DNA from: the human T2T-CHM13v2.0 reference genome, Homo sapiens
NCBI RefSeq assembly: GCF_009914755.1
Contig: NC_060926.1
DNA length: 64,000 bases
Strand: one strand, 5' to 3'
Shown here piece after piece: positions 17,791 through 33,490 of the stretch; the stretch's first letter is position 1; every line of letters starts with the position of its first letter. Both the position numbers and the translations under genes were made by a program. The notes under the pieces were generated by a model that was not told the DNA's origin, searched no databases, and was given only the letters and a program-made list of their open reading frames with translations.

Positions 17791-18587
17791 ATAATTATGT
17801 TTTAAAATAGAAGAAAAACGTTAGGCTAAAGTCTTATAGAAAGAAGCCAAACTACTAGAATAAGTATTATAAATGATATTTGCAATATGAATGAAAAGAT
17901 ATGAGCTTCCTTAATAATATGGGCTTTAATACGACACCTTAATCTTAAATATCTGCTACTTTCCTCCCATCTTTCTTCAGAATAAAAATTAAGACATTCT
18001 AGTCAGCCCCAAAGATCTTTATGCAAACCCCTGACCCCAGACCCAGCATACAGCTTTGAAAAATTTTATTTAGAACAGGGTAAAAAATGCTGAGATTTTT
18101 AAATTAAAAGAGAAAATGTAAAGTTGATCTCTTCTCGATATACTGTTCTAGAAATTTTAACAAGTTCATGTAGCACAGCTATAATGAGGATACAGAGCAG
18201 TTCCATCACCATAAAACCTTGCATGTTATTCCTTTTTTCCATCACACCAACACTGGCAATACTGATGTGCTCTCTTTCACTGTAACTTGACTTCTTGAGA
18301 ATCATAAATGACATCATACAGTATATAAGCTTTGAGACAGGCTTCTTTGACTCAGTATAATGCCATTGAAAATGTCTTTGAGATTCATCCAAGTTGTTCT
18401 GCATATCAAGAGTTACTTCCTTTTTATTAGGGAGTAATATTCCATTCTATGGATGTACCTTGGTTTGTTTATTCCTTCATCTTTTGAAGGATAATGGGTT
18501 GTTTCCACTCTTGGTGATTATGAATAAAATTGCTATATACTTCATACACAGATACTTCTGTGAACATAAATGTTCCTTTCTCTGGTG

Positions 18588-18798
18588 CAGGAATAAGCAA
18601 ACTAAGGCTTACAGACCAAACACAGTCCACTGCATGATTTGTAAATATACTTTACTGGAATGCAGCCATACTCATTTGTTTACATATTATCTATGACTGT
18701 CTTTGAACTACAGCTGAGCAGTTGCAATAAAGCCCTGTGATCCTCAAAACCTGAAGTTTACATTATTTACTAGAGACTATAAAGTTTTCTGACTTCTG
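18588..18798. mobile_element. MER58A-like hAT DNA transposon relic
   Basis: TTACTGGAATGCAGCCATACTCATTTGTTTACATATTATCTATGACTG, with degenerate CAGG...AGCAAACT / AGTTTTCTGACTTCTG termini. Confidence 0.7.
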
Positions 18799-18836
18799 CT
18801 GTTACATACATGTCCAGGAGTGGAATTACTAGACAC

Positions 18837-19353
18837 TGTCATGAAGGGAGTGAACTGTAAGGTGGGCCTCAACAATCTCTGTCTTTCAATGTTCACTACT
18901 TTGTAATCCCCTAGAGTGTGGGAAGGACCTCTGATTTGCTTGTAACCAACAGAATATGACAAAGATGCTGTGTCATTCCTGTAATCATAAGACTCTCCTT
19001 GATGACTTGACAAAGTAGGGAGTCATATTGTGAAAGCCCACCTGGTGAGGAACTGACCAGCAGACTCCAGCAGCTGTGGGAAAACTCTACTGATGACAGG
19101 CAAGAAGCCAGACTGCTCAGACCTAGAGCTATAAGGAAACCTGAGTAAGCTCGGGATGAAGTTATCCCCAATCAACCCACCAGGTAAGAATAAAGCCTGG
19201 GGGACACCTTGATTGTATCCTTGTGACCCTAAGCAAAAGATACAACTAAACTATCCCTGTGCACTTGACCCATAGACACTGTGAGATAATGTGTATTATT
19301 TCAAGCAAATGAATTTGTAGTGATTTGCTATGTATTAAGAGATAACTAATACA
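18837..19353 (+). mobile_element. MLT1 (MaLR) solo LTR, E/F-like
   Basis: GAGTGTGGGAAGGACC...AACCAACAGAATATGACAAAG...GACACTGTGAGATAAT...GATAACTAATACA end. Confidence 0.7.
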
Positions 19354-19598
19354 TATTCTAAATTTAATATAGATATTACAAGAGCCAGTAAAGCTATTTT
19401 CCAAGATGTATTTACCATTTTGTGTTCCCACTAGTAATCTATGAACTTTTCTAGCCATTAGTTGATGTTGTGTGTGTTTTAAGACACTAATAGGTGGATA
19501 GAGATATCTAATTATGGTTATAATTTGAATTACCCTAGTGTCTAATGATGCTAAACATATTTTCATGTTCTTATTTGTTTATCCATATACTCTCTTGG

Positions 19599-19960
19599 TG
19601 ACATAGCCTGGCTCTGTGTCCCCACCCAAATCTCATCTGGCATCGTAATCCCCACGTGTCCAGGGAGGGGCCTGGTGGGAGGTGATTGGATCATGGGGGT
19701 GGATTTCCCTCTTGCTGTCCTCATGATAGTGAGTATGTTCTCATGAGTTCTGGTTGCTCCATAACTGTATAGAGCTTTCCCCTTTCTCTCCTACCACCTT
19801 GTAAGATATGCCTTGCTTTCCCTTCACATTCTGCCATGATCGTAAGTTTCCTGAGGCCTCCCCACCATGGAGAACTTTGAGTTAATTAAACATCCTTCCT
19901 TTACAAATTGCCCACTCTCAGGTAGTATCCTTTACAGCAGTGTGAGAATTAACCAATATA
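19599..19960 (+). mobile_element. THE1D-like MaLR solo LTR
   Basis: TGACATAGCCTGGCTCTGTGTCCCCACCCAAATCTCATC...AGCAGTGTGAGAA...AATATA. Perfect 5-bp TSD CTTGG at 19594-19598 and 19961-19965. Confidence 0.9.
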
Positions 19961-20891
19961 CTTGGTGAAATTGCTATTCAAATATTTTGTTCATTTTTTT
20001 TAAAGTTGTGTTTTGTTTTCTTAATTGAATTTTGAGAGTTCTTTATATATTATGGATACAAGTTTTTTATCAGGTGTGTGAATTGCAAGTTTTTTTTAGT
20101 TCATAGATTATGCTTTCCTTTTCTGAAGAGTGTGTTTTATAGAGAAAACATGTTAATATAATGAAGTACTAATTATATTTTGTATGTCTTGCTTTGGTGT
20201 TATGCCTCTTTACCTAAACCCATATCTCAAAGAATTTCTCCAGTTTATTTTATGCTTTTTACTTTTTATATCAGTGGTAAATTTAGAGTTAGTATTTACA
20301 TGAAGTTTGACAACTGCATCAGGTTTTTTTTTTTTAACATTTTTTCATATGGATGTTTAATTATTACAACTCCATTTGTTAAAATACTCCATAGGTCTCC
20401 TGACTTGTTTTTGCGCCTCTGTCAAAGTCAATTGGCCATATTTGCACAGACTTTTTCTAAAGTTCTTTGTTCAGTTTCTCAATTTGTATGCCTATCTTTT
20501 TGCAAATACCGTAATGTTTTGACTGCTGTACTTCTATAGTAAGCCTTAAAATTATGTGTTGTAATTGCTCCAACATTATACTTCTTTTTCAAAATTGTCT
20601 TAGCTATTCTATTTGCTTTACCTTTACATGTAAATTTTAGAAACAGCTTGTCTATATTTACAACAAATTCTTCCACAATTCTGATAGGGGTTGTATTAAA
20701 TCTATAGGTGCATTTAGGCAAAGTTGACAGCTTTAAAAGTTTGAGTCTATCAACACATGAACATAGTATGTCCTCCAATTATTTAGGTCTTGTTTGAATT
20801 CTTTTGTGGCTTTTAGCATAAAGCATCTGAACTCCTTTCAGATTTGTAGCTAATTATAAATTTCAGCTTAAATTAAGAAAGTAGTATTTCT

Positions 20892-21235
<344 letters not shown>

Positions 21236-24200
21236 CTAATTGCTTATTGCAAGTATATAAAAAATACAATAGCTCTTTTGTATATTGACTTTGAATCCCG
21301 TGATATATTGCTAAACTCACATCTGAGTTCTAAGAATGTCTTTGTAAGATTTCATGGGCTATCCTACATACACAATCTTACTGTTTGCTAATAGTGGCAG
21401 TTTTGTTGTTGTACCAATATGTATGTCATTTATATTTTTTCCTTGCATTTTTGTACTAACAAGAACCTCTATTTAGTATAAAAATATTAAATAAGAGTGG
21501 TAAATGGGACATTTTTTCATTGTTCTCTGTCATGATAAAGACAAAAGACGCTAGGCTTCTGCACTGTCTTTATTAATGTGTGGGTGCCAGATGCAATATT
21601 TAAATGTTATTTTCTAGTGTGGCAAATTTCACTAAGCAGCTAGGAATCTTCAATAACTCTCTCTGCCCTCCCCACTCTCCTGGAGCCAGCTCATGCCCAG
21701 AAAATTCTGCTAATTCAATATCTACCTTTGGAGATGTTACAATGGTTTCTCTGAGCCCTTCTTGGCTGAGAGAGTTAAACACACTTGCTCTGTGTTAATG
21801 CGACAACAAGGAAAGGGGGAAAGACCTAATTTGAGAACCTGATTTTATCCTTTACTCCTATAGGAGCTCCTTCTCTGTGGTGATAATATAAGGCAATATA
21901 AATGGAGTAGGCAATAATCTAGAGTCATTTTGATTGAGATTAAGAAGATCAGGATGCTTGACAAGCAAATGCAGTCAATAACCAGTAGCTTTTGTTCATA
22001 TTCCAATTTTTTTCTAATTTGAATATTTTATTTATGTCAAGGTACTATGTTTGGTGCTTTAAAATATAGGTAATTTTATTTTTATCTTAGATCCATGAAG
22101 TTGTAGTCTTATTTTCATCCTACAAGAAAGAAAATGGGAACCCAGAAAAATATGGAACTTATCCAATACTATAATGCAAATAATAAGCTATGTGAAGATT
22201 TAAACCCTGATGTAATTGATTCTAAAGTCAAAGGAAAGCCAACAATTCCTTTTAAGTGAAGAACAACAAAATCACCTCTTTAACATGCAAATGAAGTTTT
22301 GAGAGCATATGATCCTCTTAGCATTGGAAGAATATCTTAGACAAATTAAGCAAAATGCAATTATGTCAAAAGATAGAAATGTACATAAACATATAAATGG
22401 AGAGATGTGATGAACCATAAATCAGAAAAGGGGAATAAATAGATTTTGGTCTGATAAGATTTCACTCCCTTTGCTGCCAACCCTTGCGGCTTAACTGACC
22501 AAAAGTCACTATGAAAAAAAATAAAAACAAACTACCAAGAAACAACAAGAGCAATAATAAAGCAGGATATGTGAGGCTTCATGTTTGTACATCTGAGGAA
22601 GTGGTTAATGATGCACATTACAAAGGGGAGCAAGACGGCAGCATAAGGGGGCTGCCACACACGGTTAGCAAAGCAGAAGTATGTGGGTGCAGTGCAGTAG
22701 TTGCTCTTTAATATAAATGCAAGAAAATGAGCACTGCACTTTTCTCTTTTTTTTTCAGAATTTTGTTTTTCTGACACTCTGTGCCCTTATGCTGTCTGAT
22801 GTGGCCATGGACAAGTTTTGTACCCCAGCTTTGGGCCTCTGCCTTCCTATGGATATAAACAACTAACTGCGGTTTGCCTGACCTGGCCACATTTTAGCTT
22901 TATGTGAGGGGTTTGGCTCTTAGCCTCTATATTTTACCTCTCCTCAGCAAGGATGCTTCATTTCAAACCTGGCACCCAGGTCCAAAAGAGATCCAGCTCA
23001 TGTAGACTTTGCTGAGGAAGAGTTACCGTAATAGTAATTTTAAAACTCTTAGATTTTATCTCATTCTCAACTAATCCCTATAGGTAGGAAGAGCAGATGG
23101 ATTAGCTCAATCTTTTGTATGAAAAAATTATGGTATAAAAAAGGACCAATGCTTATGGCTATCAAGTGGCTGAGACTGTACTCCAAATACCCAGATCACA
23201 ACTATTTCCATGATTCAAGTCTGCCAAATGAAATTAGAATTGCCACTGCTAAATCATCCTCTTGGTGGATTTTGGAACTTCTTTGGAATAAGAAATTTAT
23301 TTTTTTAAAATTCCAGGATTGCTGACACTGTCGGAAGCATCAGAAAATGATCATTGTACATTCAGAGTGAGCTTTTTCTTCCCCCATACAACAAGTAATT
23401 CAATTATAATAACACTTTTAACAATAATGCAGTGCTTTGGGATAAAATTGCTTTGCCATCATTAATTAATGCATTCCCTCAAGGACATGTGTCTTAATGC
23501 CTCACTTTTCTTCGGTCTACCTATCTTTTGCAGCTTAGAGGAAATAACTCAGCAGAGCTGTTTCTCTTGGTACAGACAGCATGACTCAAAGCATGGGGTC
23601 AGGTTAACTTGCATCTATATTTGCCACAAATGTCACAGACATTGTGGAATACATAATTTAGCTTGGCATTATTTATAAATCTATTTTCAGCAGCTTACTC
23701 TTAATTGGAGATTAAAAGTCAATAGGTAGATTAAGTTTAATTCTACTAAGATACGAGCAGTTGCTTGCTCAATCAGCTCCACCTGCAGAATTCCTGTGTC
23801 CCAGGCTAGGTACACATTAACAAAATCCACTTTATTTTTTCTTCTTGTCTTTATGTTGTGAGACATTGTAACATGGAGTCCTAGCAAAAAAGTTGACTAA
23901 AAATGTAAAATGTTTCATCACTGTCCAACAAAATGACTGAGAAGACAAATTTTGGGGGAGCTTTAAGTTTACACTGAGATGTACACACAAAGACGATGCA
24001 GTCGTTTGGGGAAGTAATAGAAAAAATGTATAACATCTTTTAAAAATGTTCAGTTAAATAGATGAAAATAAAGGGTTCTTGAGAACAAAGTAATGAATTT
24101 AATCAAAATTTTATATAAAAACTAGAATGTTGACACTAATTGATTGATAATTTAGAATATTTATGAGAATGCACTTTGCTGATGTCTAATATTCATCAAT

Positions 24201-24516
24201 TATCTAGTCTGTCCAAGACTATGCTGGATACTACAAGGCTAGTGACTCCCAAAACCCACTGGCCATTATAATCATGCATGCTTTTAGGTTTTTCTTTGTT
24301 TATTTATAAAATAGATGTTCCAACTCCTTCAAGCCCTAACAAGTCAGAACCTGGGTTGGGGCTGGTAGCAAAGAGAAAATTTATAAATATAATAATCTTC
24401 TCAGGTGATTCTGAAGCCAATAATTTGGTCCTTGGAAGTTTGTGCTGTATGGAAAAAAATCACCCTTCTTGGCTGACATCTGTTTTGCTGGTAACACAAA
24501 TGCAACTTATTAATCA

Positions 24517-24866
24517 TCTCTGGGTAAGCAAGGTAAGATTTGTGGGCCAAACCTGACCCTGTCCCCTTGTTTTTCTATGCCTTGAGAGTTGAGATTTTTA
24601 CATACATATGTGTGTATTTACATGTTTGAACAAAATCAAAAGAATTACAATGTTCCATAACATGCAAGATTTATGTGAAATTCAAATGTCAGTATCTGTA
24701 CAAAAGTGTTATTGGAATACAATTATACCCATTTGTTTATACATTGTCAATGGCCATTTTCATGCCATGATAACTGAGTTACATATTTGCTACAGAGATT
24801 GTATGTGAACTGCAAAGCCTAAAACATTTAAAATCCACCCATTTACAAGAGAGGTTTACTGACCTT
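24517..24866. mobile_element. MER58B-like DNA transposon relic
   Basis: GTGGGCCAAACCTGACC...TTATTGGAATACAATTATACCCATTTGTTTATACATTGTC...GCAAAGCCTAAAACATTTA...GTTTACTGACC. Confidence 0.7.
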
Positions 24867-25044
24867 TTATTCCCCAGTTTGAAAAGCAAGTTCAAAGCAC
24901 ATGGTTTGCCAAGGCAATTTGGTGAGACACAGGAAGTAAAAATGCATCCAAACTCCAGTATGGAAAGTATTATCTCTCAGTAAAGGAAATCCAGACGCAT
25001 TATCTTGTTTGCAGAAGTCCACAGTAAGGAAGACATCCTCCAGA

Positions 25045-25252
25045 ATAGTGGTTTTCAATGTGTCACCATGAAACAGCAGCATAAGCATTAATTGGGAAGA
25101 TACTCAAAATGAAAATTCTGGGCCACCACCCTGGACCTATCAAATCAAATATTCCAAGATCCAGGTCCAGTAACCTCTATTTTAACAAGCCTTCTAGAGG
25201 ATTCTCACACACATTTACAGTGCATGGAAACTACTTCTTGAGAATCACTGTG
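25045..25252. mobile_element. MER5A hAT MITE
   Basis: TAGTGGTTTTCAA ... TTGAGAATCACTG termini; internal AAATTCTGGGCCACCACCCTGGACC and TTTTAACAAGCC. Confidence 0.75.
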
Positions 25253-28200
25253 CTAAGGAACATTTAGGACAAATAGAAAAATAGTCATGACCATGAATGT
25301 GGATAAAATCTGTTTACAACCAAATAGTCAGGCCCATTGTTTTTGTCACTCCTTGATGCTGACAGAGTAAAGTAATTTTCCCAAAAACAGACACAAAAAA
25401 TAAGAAAAATAAAAGGAAATTATATTCTGTTTGGTGGAACACAAACTTATGAAGTGCCTGAGCTGAGATTTTAGTGTAACCACGACCTTGAATTTAACAT
25501 TCACATGAGGCTCCTGATAGAGATCAAACACTGAGTGAAATTTAACATTTCTCTGACATTTGACATAAAAAGCCAATTTAAGGGAGGCGAACTACGCTTA
25601 TTCCACATGCAAAAGACAGGATATCATTAACCTAACAGCTCCTCTGCAACTATTCTCTTATCTCACATTCTCAAGAAATCTTAATCATTCACTGTGAAGA
25701 TTCTCACTTCTTCAAAGCACATTTCTAACATGTCATCCTACCTTCTTTTCAGAAATGTAATCCTGAAAATGGCTTACAAGAGAAAATCTTGGAAGATAAG
25801 ACCGTAACACTAAAACGCCTCTCCAGATGCCTTAGGAACATCCCCAAGCAGTAACAGATAAAGTCCCTCCATAGGATTCTTGGCTATGTTTAGCTTCTCA
25901 TAGAAAAAAATAAAATAACAAAACACAAATATGTTTTCTAGTCTCAACGACAACCCTAGTAGCAGGATGGTGATGTAGCTCTCCTTTATTGAATATACAT
26001 TCTGTGCCATGCACTGTTTCAGAAGTATTCCGTAAAGTATCACAGTTCATCTTTACAGAAAGCTGGTGAGGTAGATATTAGCATCTACCTCTTAAAGGTT
26101 TTTTCTTTTAAGATGTAGATTGATTTTGAGCTCCTTGGTGAAAGAGAGAATTTGAGAAGATACTCAGAAGTGTAAAAGACTGGAAAAAATAAATTCTTCT
26201 TGGAACAAGAAGAAAAAAAATGTGTCAAAACTGCCCCATCCCCAGCAGAGAACACAGTAGAACTTTTTTCCTGACCTCCCTCTCTACTTCCACCTCCCAT
26301 CAAGGCCTGAAGCTTGAGAGGATCTAGCAACATATCCTTGGTGCAGACTTGATGGGCTTCCTCTCTCTATAGCAGCCTATGGGGACAAGCAAGATCCAAG
26401 GCAGAAATGCAGACCTGGGCAGAGTCAGCATGGTGAGGGGCAGCAGGTGGGAAGAAGCCAGCTGTCACTCTGGTGCCTCCCTGAATTCCAGGGAAGGTGG
26501 GGGACTGAGATCATCCTCCTATTCAGTTGGGACCTCTACGTTAGTGGATATGAGGGGGTTGGTCTCTCTTTTATTAGTATTTAAATTATTATTAGTATTG
26601 AAATTATTATTGATTTGAAATTTGAAGGTGATCCTGACATGGATTATTGTTCTAGAATGTAGTAGTTGGAAGTGTACCAGGGTATAAATTCATGGTAGAA
26701 TTTACTCTGCAGTCACAAGAACCAAAAGACACAGTCATCTCATGGGGTAGGAAGAAGACATATAACCCTATTCCCTGGCTAGGCTCAGCAGGCTGCAGAG
26801 TAGAATGGACATAGAAATATCACTTTTATCACTGATTTTCACCATGAACATCAGGAAGCTTGAACCTGAGAGGAGCTAATGTGCTGGCTCAGGAAGAAAA
26901 AGCCAGCTCACCCTTCTCTCCATCTTGACCATGGACAGCTCATCGTTTTCTCTACCAAGAAGACTTTCATGTGCCTATACTCTCTGTCTCCTTCTCTCTT
27001 ACTCTCTTTTTATTTTTTTTCACCTCTGTCTCACACACACACACACTCAGAGGTGAACACTTGCATGCACACTAACATTCAGATCTACAAAGAGAATGCA
27101 CTCATTCCTGAAATCAATCCAAATGTTTCACTGTTGTTGAACTGCTTTGAACTCTACATGTATTATCAATGAAGACACTACTCTGTGCTTTGTATGTAAA
27201 TAATCACACTTATTCTGCCTCCTGGCTCAGTAAATATTATAACCATTTTTTTTCAGATGAGGAAATTGAGTTCATAAAGTGAAAACAACTTGTTCAAAGT
27301 CATACCCAGTGTTGACTTCAAATCTTTTGAGAGCTTCTGTGCGTCATTCACTCATTATCATGATTAAAAGTCTCCTGACTCTAGATGGAACTTTGAAATT
27401 GCTACTGAGATAAATGTTGCTCTCATGTGTTATTTCCACTTCACTAAAAGCATTTAGATGGACTGCACTTTTCCAAGTGATTCTCAACCTGGTCCAGTTA
27501 TTTGAAATTCTAAAATAAAATCTTCCTTTGAACAACCACAGATTCGAATTCACCATGAAAAGTCAAACAATTTTGCTTTTAAGACAATTGTCATTGAGCT
27601 TTTCACTGTACTATTGACACTGATATTTCAAAGAAAGAAAGAAGGCACTCTTCGGAATACACACCAACATTGCAATTCAATGGCTAGAGATTTCCTCCTC
27701 TCCAGGTCCTTTTTAATTATAGAGAATGAGTTCTTTTTGTCTAGGACCTCATCATTTCTTCCACAGAGTACTTTTTTGAAATAGCTATTTCATCAAAGAA
27801 ACAATTGACAGACTAATTATTTAAATAAATACAATAAAATTCTGTTGATGTGTGACCCGAAGATGATACAATAGCAGTCACCATAGACAGGGTTACCCCT
27901 TTAGTGGAAAATTGTGAATCTAGAACATTGCCTTCCCCATGATTTTAACTTCAAAGTGAAGCTACTTTTTTCATTGTGCATTAATCTTTTAAGTTAATTT
28001 TAATTTTCTCAAGATGTAAATCTTTTACAACTTGGAGATGAACCGATATAAAATATTCATTGGTTCTGAATAGAACTGGACGATTTCAGCTGTGTCCCAC
28101 AAGCTTTTACAAATGGAAGATAATCTCCATGAAGAATTTAGATGCCAGCCTGAGTTATGACTTTTGAAACAAAATGACCTCATGCATATTTAGATCCTGT

Positions 28201-28479
28201 ATATTCATGGCTGTTTTTTTGTAGGAACATTTATTATTGGTTACAGTAGTTTTCAGCCAACAAATCAGCCCTAAATTTTGACTTACTAGACTCTGTACTG
28301 TCAGTTAAAATGTTAATCTTGTTGAAGTCTTTTAGTTTGCAAGAGGTTTTAAATAGACAAGCCCTTTATCTGAATTGTATTATATACACTGACTCATTGC
28401 TGTTTGGGCCAAGAAATGCATCAGAAATAACATTTTTTTTTCATTAAAACAAAAAGAAATTATATATTCAGGATGTGGT

Positions 28480-29290
28480 TTAATTTCAAAACTTAGGGCC
28501 AGAAACGTCTTCAGTAGTGAAAACCTCGAATCATCTTAAAGTCCTCCTTTTACTCAACCTCTCAGGTACCACCAGTCACCCAGGACTAGAGGCTCTAACT
28601 TCAAAACACCTTTAGAATCAGAATATTGTTTCCTCTGTCACTTTCTCACTTAACTCTGTCACCTTCTATCTGATGTTGAAGCTTTGCAGGTGGTTTAGTT
28701 GCCCTAATATCACTGCTTCATCTCCAGCACTACAGTATTTTCTATCTCAGACATGTTTGAATTGCATCACCCTGCTACTAAAAAAAGTGCAATGACTGAC
28801 CACTGCCTACAATAAAGTAATACTCCTGAGTATGTCATTTAAAGCTGCTCAAAATTGGCCCCAAATTATTTTTCTGGCATCATCTGTGCCACTCTTTCCA
28901 GCCCCACCCCCAGACACCCTATATTAGACCACTCTGAATCACTTACTCTTCTCCAAATATACTATGCACACTGGTATCTCCTAGCTTTGGCTCATGTTGT
29001 TCCTTCTGTTCAAATTTCCTTTTCTCCCTTTTTTTCACAGTTGATATATTATGCTTGTTTCTAAACCTGGATAAAATATCAGCTCCTTTTTTAATCCGCA
29101 CAGCTCCCACCCGCAGAAGCAGTTAATTCGCTCGTTGTACTTTCATAATTCTGTCTAATTCCTAACTATGCACTTAGCATGTAGCTTGTTGTATTTGTCT
29201 GTCTCCCGAAGAGCAGCAATCAGATTTTATTTACCTTTACAAGTGCAGCAGCTGGCTCAGTGCCTGGCATGAATAGGTGTTTTTGGATTG
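28480..29290 (+). mobile_element. L2 3' relic
   Basis: Pyrimidine-rich L2 phrases ending in CAGTGCCTGGCATGAATAGGTG. Bounds approximate. Confidence 0.5.
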
Positions 29291-30083
29291 TTTATGAAAG
29301 CAGATCTGGACAAAGGTGGGGTACATCTTCGTAACATTAGACAAAAGATCATGGTCAAGAGTTGCAGTCATGTAGTCCTGCTATGTTTATGTTCTGGAAT
29401 TCAATAAGCAACATCTGGATGTGGACTTGAGCTACTAATGAGGCTTCTGTTGGCATATCCAAGGGGCTCTAGTAAATAGCACAGGTTTAGCAAATGGGTT
29501 TACAAATGCAGATAGAAGCCACATTGAAGATTACATGCAAGGAGTCAGATTGACACCAAGCATATGCTAAAGGACAGCTGCTACTCTTGGAAACAAGAAT
29601 AAGTATTTTACTTCAACACTCCCAATGTGCCAGGCACTTTATATATGCATCATTAGATTCATTGATGACAATGAGGAAGATAATAATAACAGTATAATAA
29701 TGGCAAATAATTAACTATCATCCACATTCTAGAAAAAATTGCAAAGATCTTAATATATTGTCATAATCATTCCCCCAAACACTTTTATGGATTAAATGTT
29801 TTCGTGCCTATTTTACAAATGAGGCATGTAAGGCTCACAGACTTTACTGACTTAGTGTAGGATCACATAGCCATTGTTATTCTAAATATCTTTAAAACCT
29901 CTGAAGTTGAACAATTTATCTGCATTTTATAAAAGAAAAACTGTCACAAGTCTGTATGTTGCAGTAACACAGCTCTCAAACAGGATTGCATGATCACAGC
30001 CATTTCTCTTTCCTATAATAAACCTATTCAGGTGTGGGAGACTGCTCACTCTTAAGCAAACATCTCCAAAGAGATATAGAACA

Positions 30084-30321
30084 GGTTGGGCACATTGGCT
30101 CACACCTGTAATCCCAGCACTGTGAGAGGTCAAGAGGGCAGACCATTTGAGGTCAGGAGTTCAAGACCAGCCTGGCCAACGTGGTGAAACCCTGTCTCTA
30201 CTAAAAATACAAAAAAATAGCTGGATGTGCTTGCTTGAACCCAGGAGGCAGAGGTTACAGTGAGTCAAGATCATGCCACTGCACTCCAGTCTGGCTGACA
30301 GAGCAAGGCTCTGTCTCAAAA
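30084..30321 (+). mobile_element. AluS with an internal deletion of about 50 bp in the right arm
   Basis: Left arm intact; the sequence jumps from AGCTGGATGTG to GCTTGAACCCAGGAGG. TSD AAAGAGATATAGA(A/G)CA at 30068-30083 and 30322-30337. Confidence 0.92.
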
Positions 30322-31307
30322 AAAGAGATATAGAGCAAGTTGATTTTCACCAACACTCTTAGCCTGAAACTCCTTTTTCTAGCACAATTCCTATTAATTT
30401 CTTTAGATGCAGCCTTGTTTCCTTTGGAGTGCTGAGGAATTACTAGTAATATTTTTTAAATAATTCCAAAAATTTGGGTTTATTATAAAACTTTTAATTT
30501 TCCTAAAACAAAAAGTGTGCTCTTGAAACATGTCGAATGAGGACATTGCCTCAATATACAGCAAAGCAATAGTTGTCTAAATTGGTTTTAGGGTTCTACT
30601 ATGATTACACAATCACTATCAATATTTCCCAATTATTATGAGTAAATGTTGAAAAAAGACGGATCTAAATGTTTTTAAAAGTGAGCCAAACTTTATATTT
30701 TGTTTTTCTACCTAACACCAAGTCATTTACTTAACTAGACTTGATCATTTATAACTTGTTTCTCTCCTTTTGGTCATGAATTAGAAATACCCCAGTAGAC
30801 CTTAAACTGAGTCTGTGCTTTTTATAGGCCATCAAAATCCTTCTAGCTAGAAGTTACAAAAATGTCAGCTATATTCTTGGGCAATACTCACGACCTGTTT
30901 CAATGGTCAGTCTGTTCAACAATAAAGAAAAAAAGCAGAAAAATGAGAAGATGGCAAAATAATGAGAGAAAGATAAACTTCACAGAACACAGAAATAGGA
31001 CTTAACTATCTACTGGAACCAATTTCTTCATCTTAGCACGAGTATTTGCTCCTTCACTTCCCCTGATAGAGCCCCTGTAAATCATGCTCTCTTCTTGTTG
31101 TTGACACTCTTCAAATGCCCTATGTTGCTCTCTTTATTGTAACTTGCCTGGGGCTGTTATGACAAGTACAAGATACATGCAGAAAAGAAATGGAATAAGA
31201 ATGCTTAAGGACAGTTCCCCCCCAGCTATTGCTAGGTCATGGTAAACATGTTGATTCTTTTGGTTTTACTTCATAAACTGGATCCTCCCAGCTTTGACTC
31301 AATCATT

Positions 31308-31358
31308 TGTATGTGTGTGTGTGTGCGTGCGTGCATGTGTGTGTGTGTGTGTGTGTGT
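31308..31358. repeat. (TG)n microsatellite with (TGCG) interruptions
   Basis: TGTATGTGTGTGTGTGTGCGTGCGTGCATGTGTGTG... Confidence 0.95.
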
Positions 31359-31837
31359 GATATCAATGCCATTACCATCTAAAAGCCCTTACTGGGTATA
31401 TTCATATGAATGCAATTTGTTATTCAAAGCAATTTGTACAGCCGAGACCCATTTCCTTTGCATTCTAATGTTAGGAGGGAGGCTAAGGGCAGGACCCTGA
31501 ATCTTCCAGCCACTATTACCTGTAAAAAAGAGAAAGATTTTGAGTTTGGTACATTTCAGATAGATGTGGGTCTCATTTTCTGGCCTTCTCATTGATAGAT
31601 GAGGTGGTACGAAGTACAAAGAAATATTTGTAATTTTACATAGAGGTTGGCATAGTTAAGTATATTATGCAAATATTTATTGAGTGTTCAATTCTAACTC
31701 AGAACTATAGTTTCATTGTAAATGGCTAAAAGAAACTTCTTTCCCTCAAAAATTACACATATGTAAAATGAAAAATAAACCCATGAAACACATAAATTAA
31801 ACACTGTCTCACTTCTTATGGATAATAGATGTTTAAT

Positions 31838-32573
<736 letters not shown>

Positions 32574-33490
32574 AAAAACTTAGGCTCAAATAGCTAATGT
32601 GAGGTAGAATCATAATGTACCAAATATCTCCTGATTTTAAATTATATGCCCTCTTCATTATTTCTACGCAGTTGACAATTCAAAGTGGTTAATGAATAAG
32701 TTCATAAAGCAGTAGAATAGACTTCCCAAATAATGTTGAAGTCAAAAGAAGAAGAAATCACAGAAAGACAAGAAATAAAAGAGAAGAGGCAGCCTCAAGT
32801 AATGATAATATAGGGCTTAGAATGATAAATTTGGAAAGGAAAATACCAGAGGATTCCAGATTGAGGAATCAGCCCACACAAACACACGTATAGGAAGGAG
32901 CAGGCTTCTTATGAAAAAGGGGAAAAAAAGTGTGTGTATTTCTGATCTATTCTGTTCGAAGGAAAATGGTAATGACAAGAAAATATATTTTTTTTTGCTA
33001 AGTAACAACAAATCCTTGAACACTGCTCTTCTTTACAGCTTGAAACTGTGCATTCTTGCTGCCTGCAAAAATTATTGGGCAGAAAGAGGGTGCTGGAATT
33101 TCATATATCTTAAATCACTTTAGAATTGACTTTAGTGGTTTTCATTCTGCTTTCAAGCATCTTCAAAATTAGAAAGTTTAACTCACAGCAATTATTTTCT
33201 CATCCACAGATGTAATCTCACATTTTATGGAACTTGAGTACCTGTCCAATTACCTAATATCCACATGACACAAATTCTGCACCTTAACTACCACAGTCTA
33301 AAATCTGACCACCTCCCACCCATCAAAAGACTACCTATTTTCTCTGTTTTAGCATTATGCAGCTAAGTTATCATCTGTTTTCTAAATGTTGCTATTAAAG
33401 AAAAATCCCAACTAAAATTTTATTAGACTTAACATTACCTTTGTGTAAAAGTAAATATTGAGGTCCTGTTGAAATCATTTAATGGATCTT

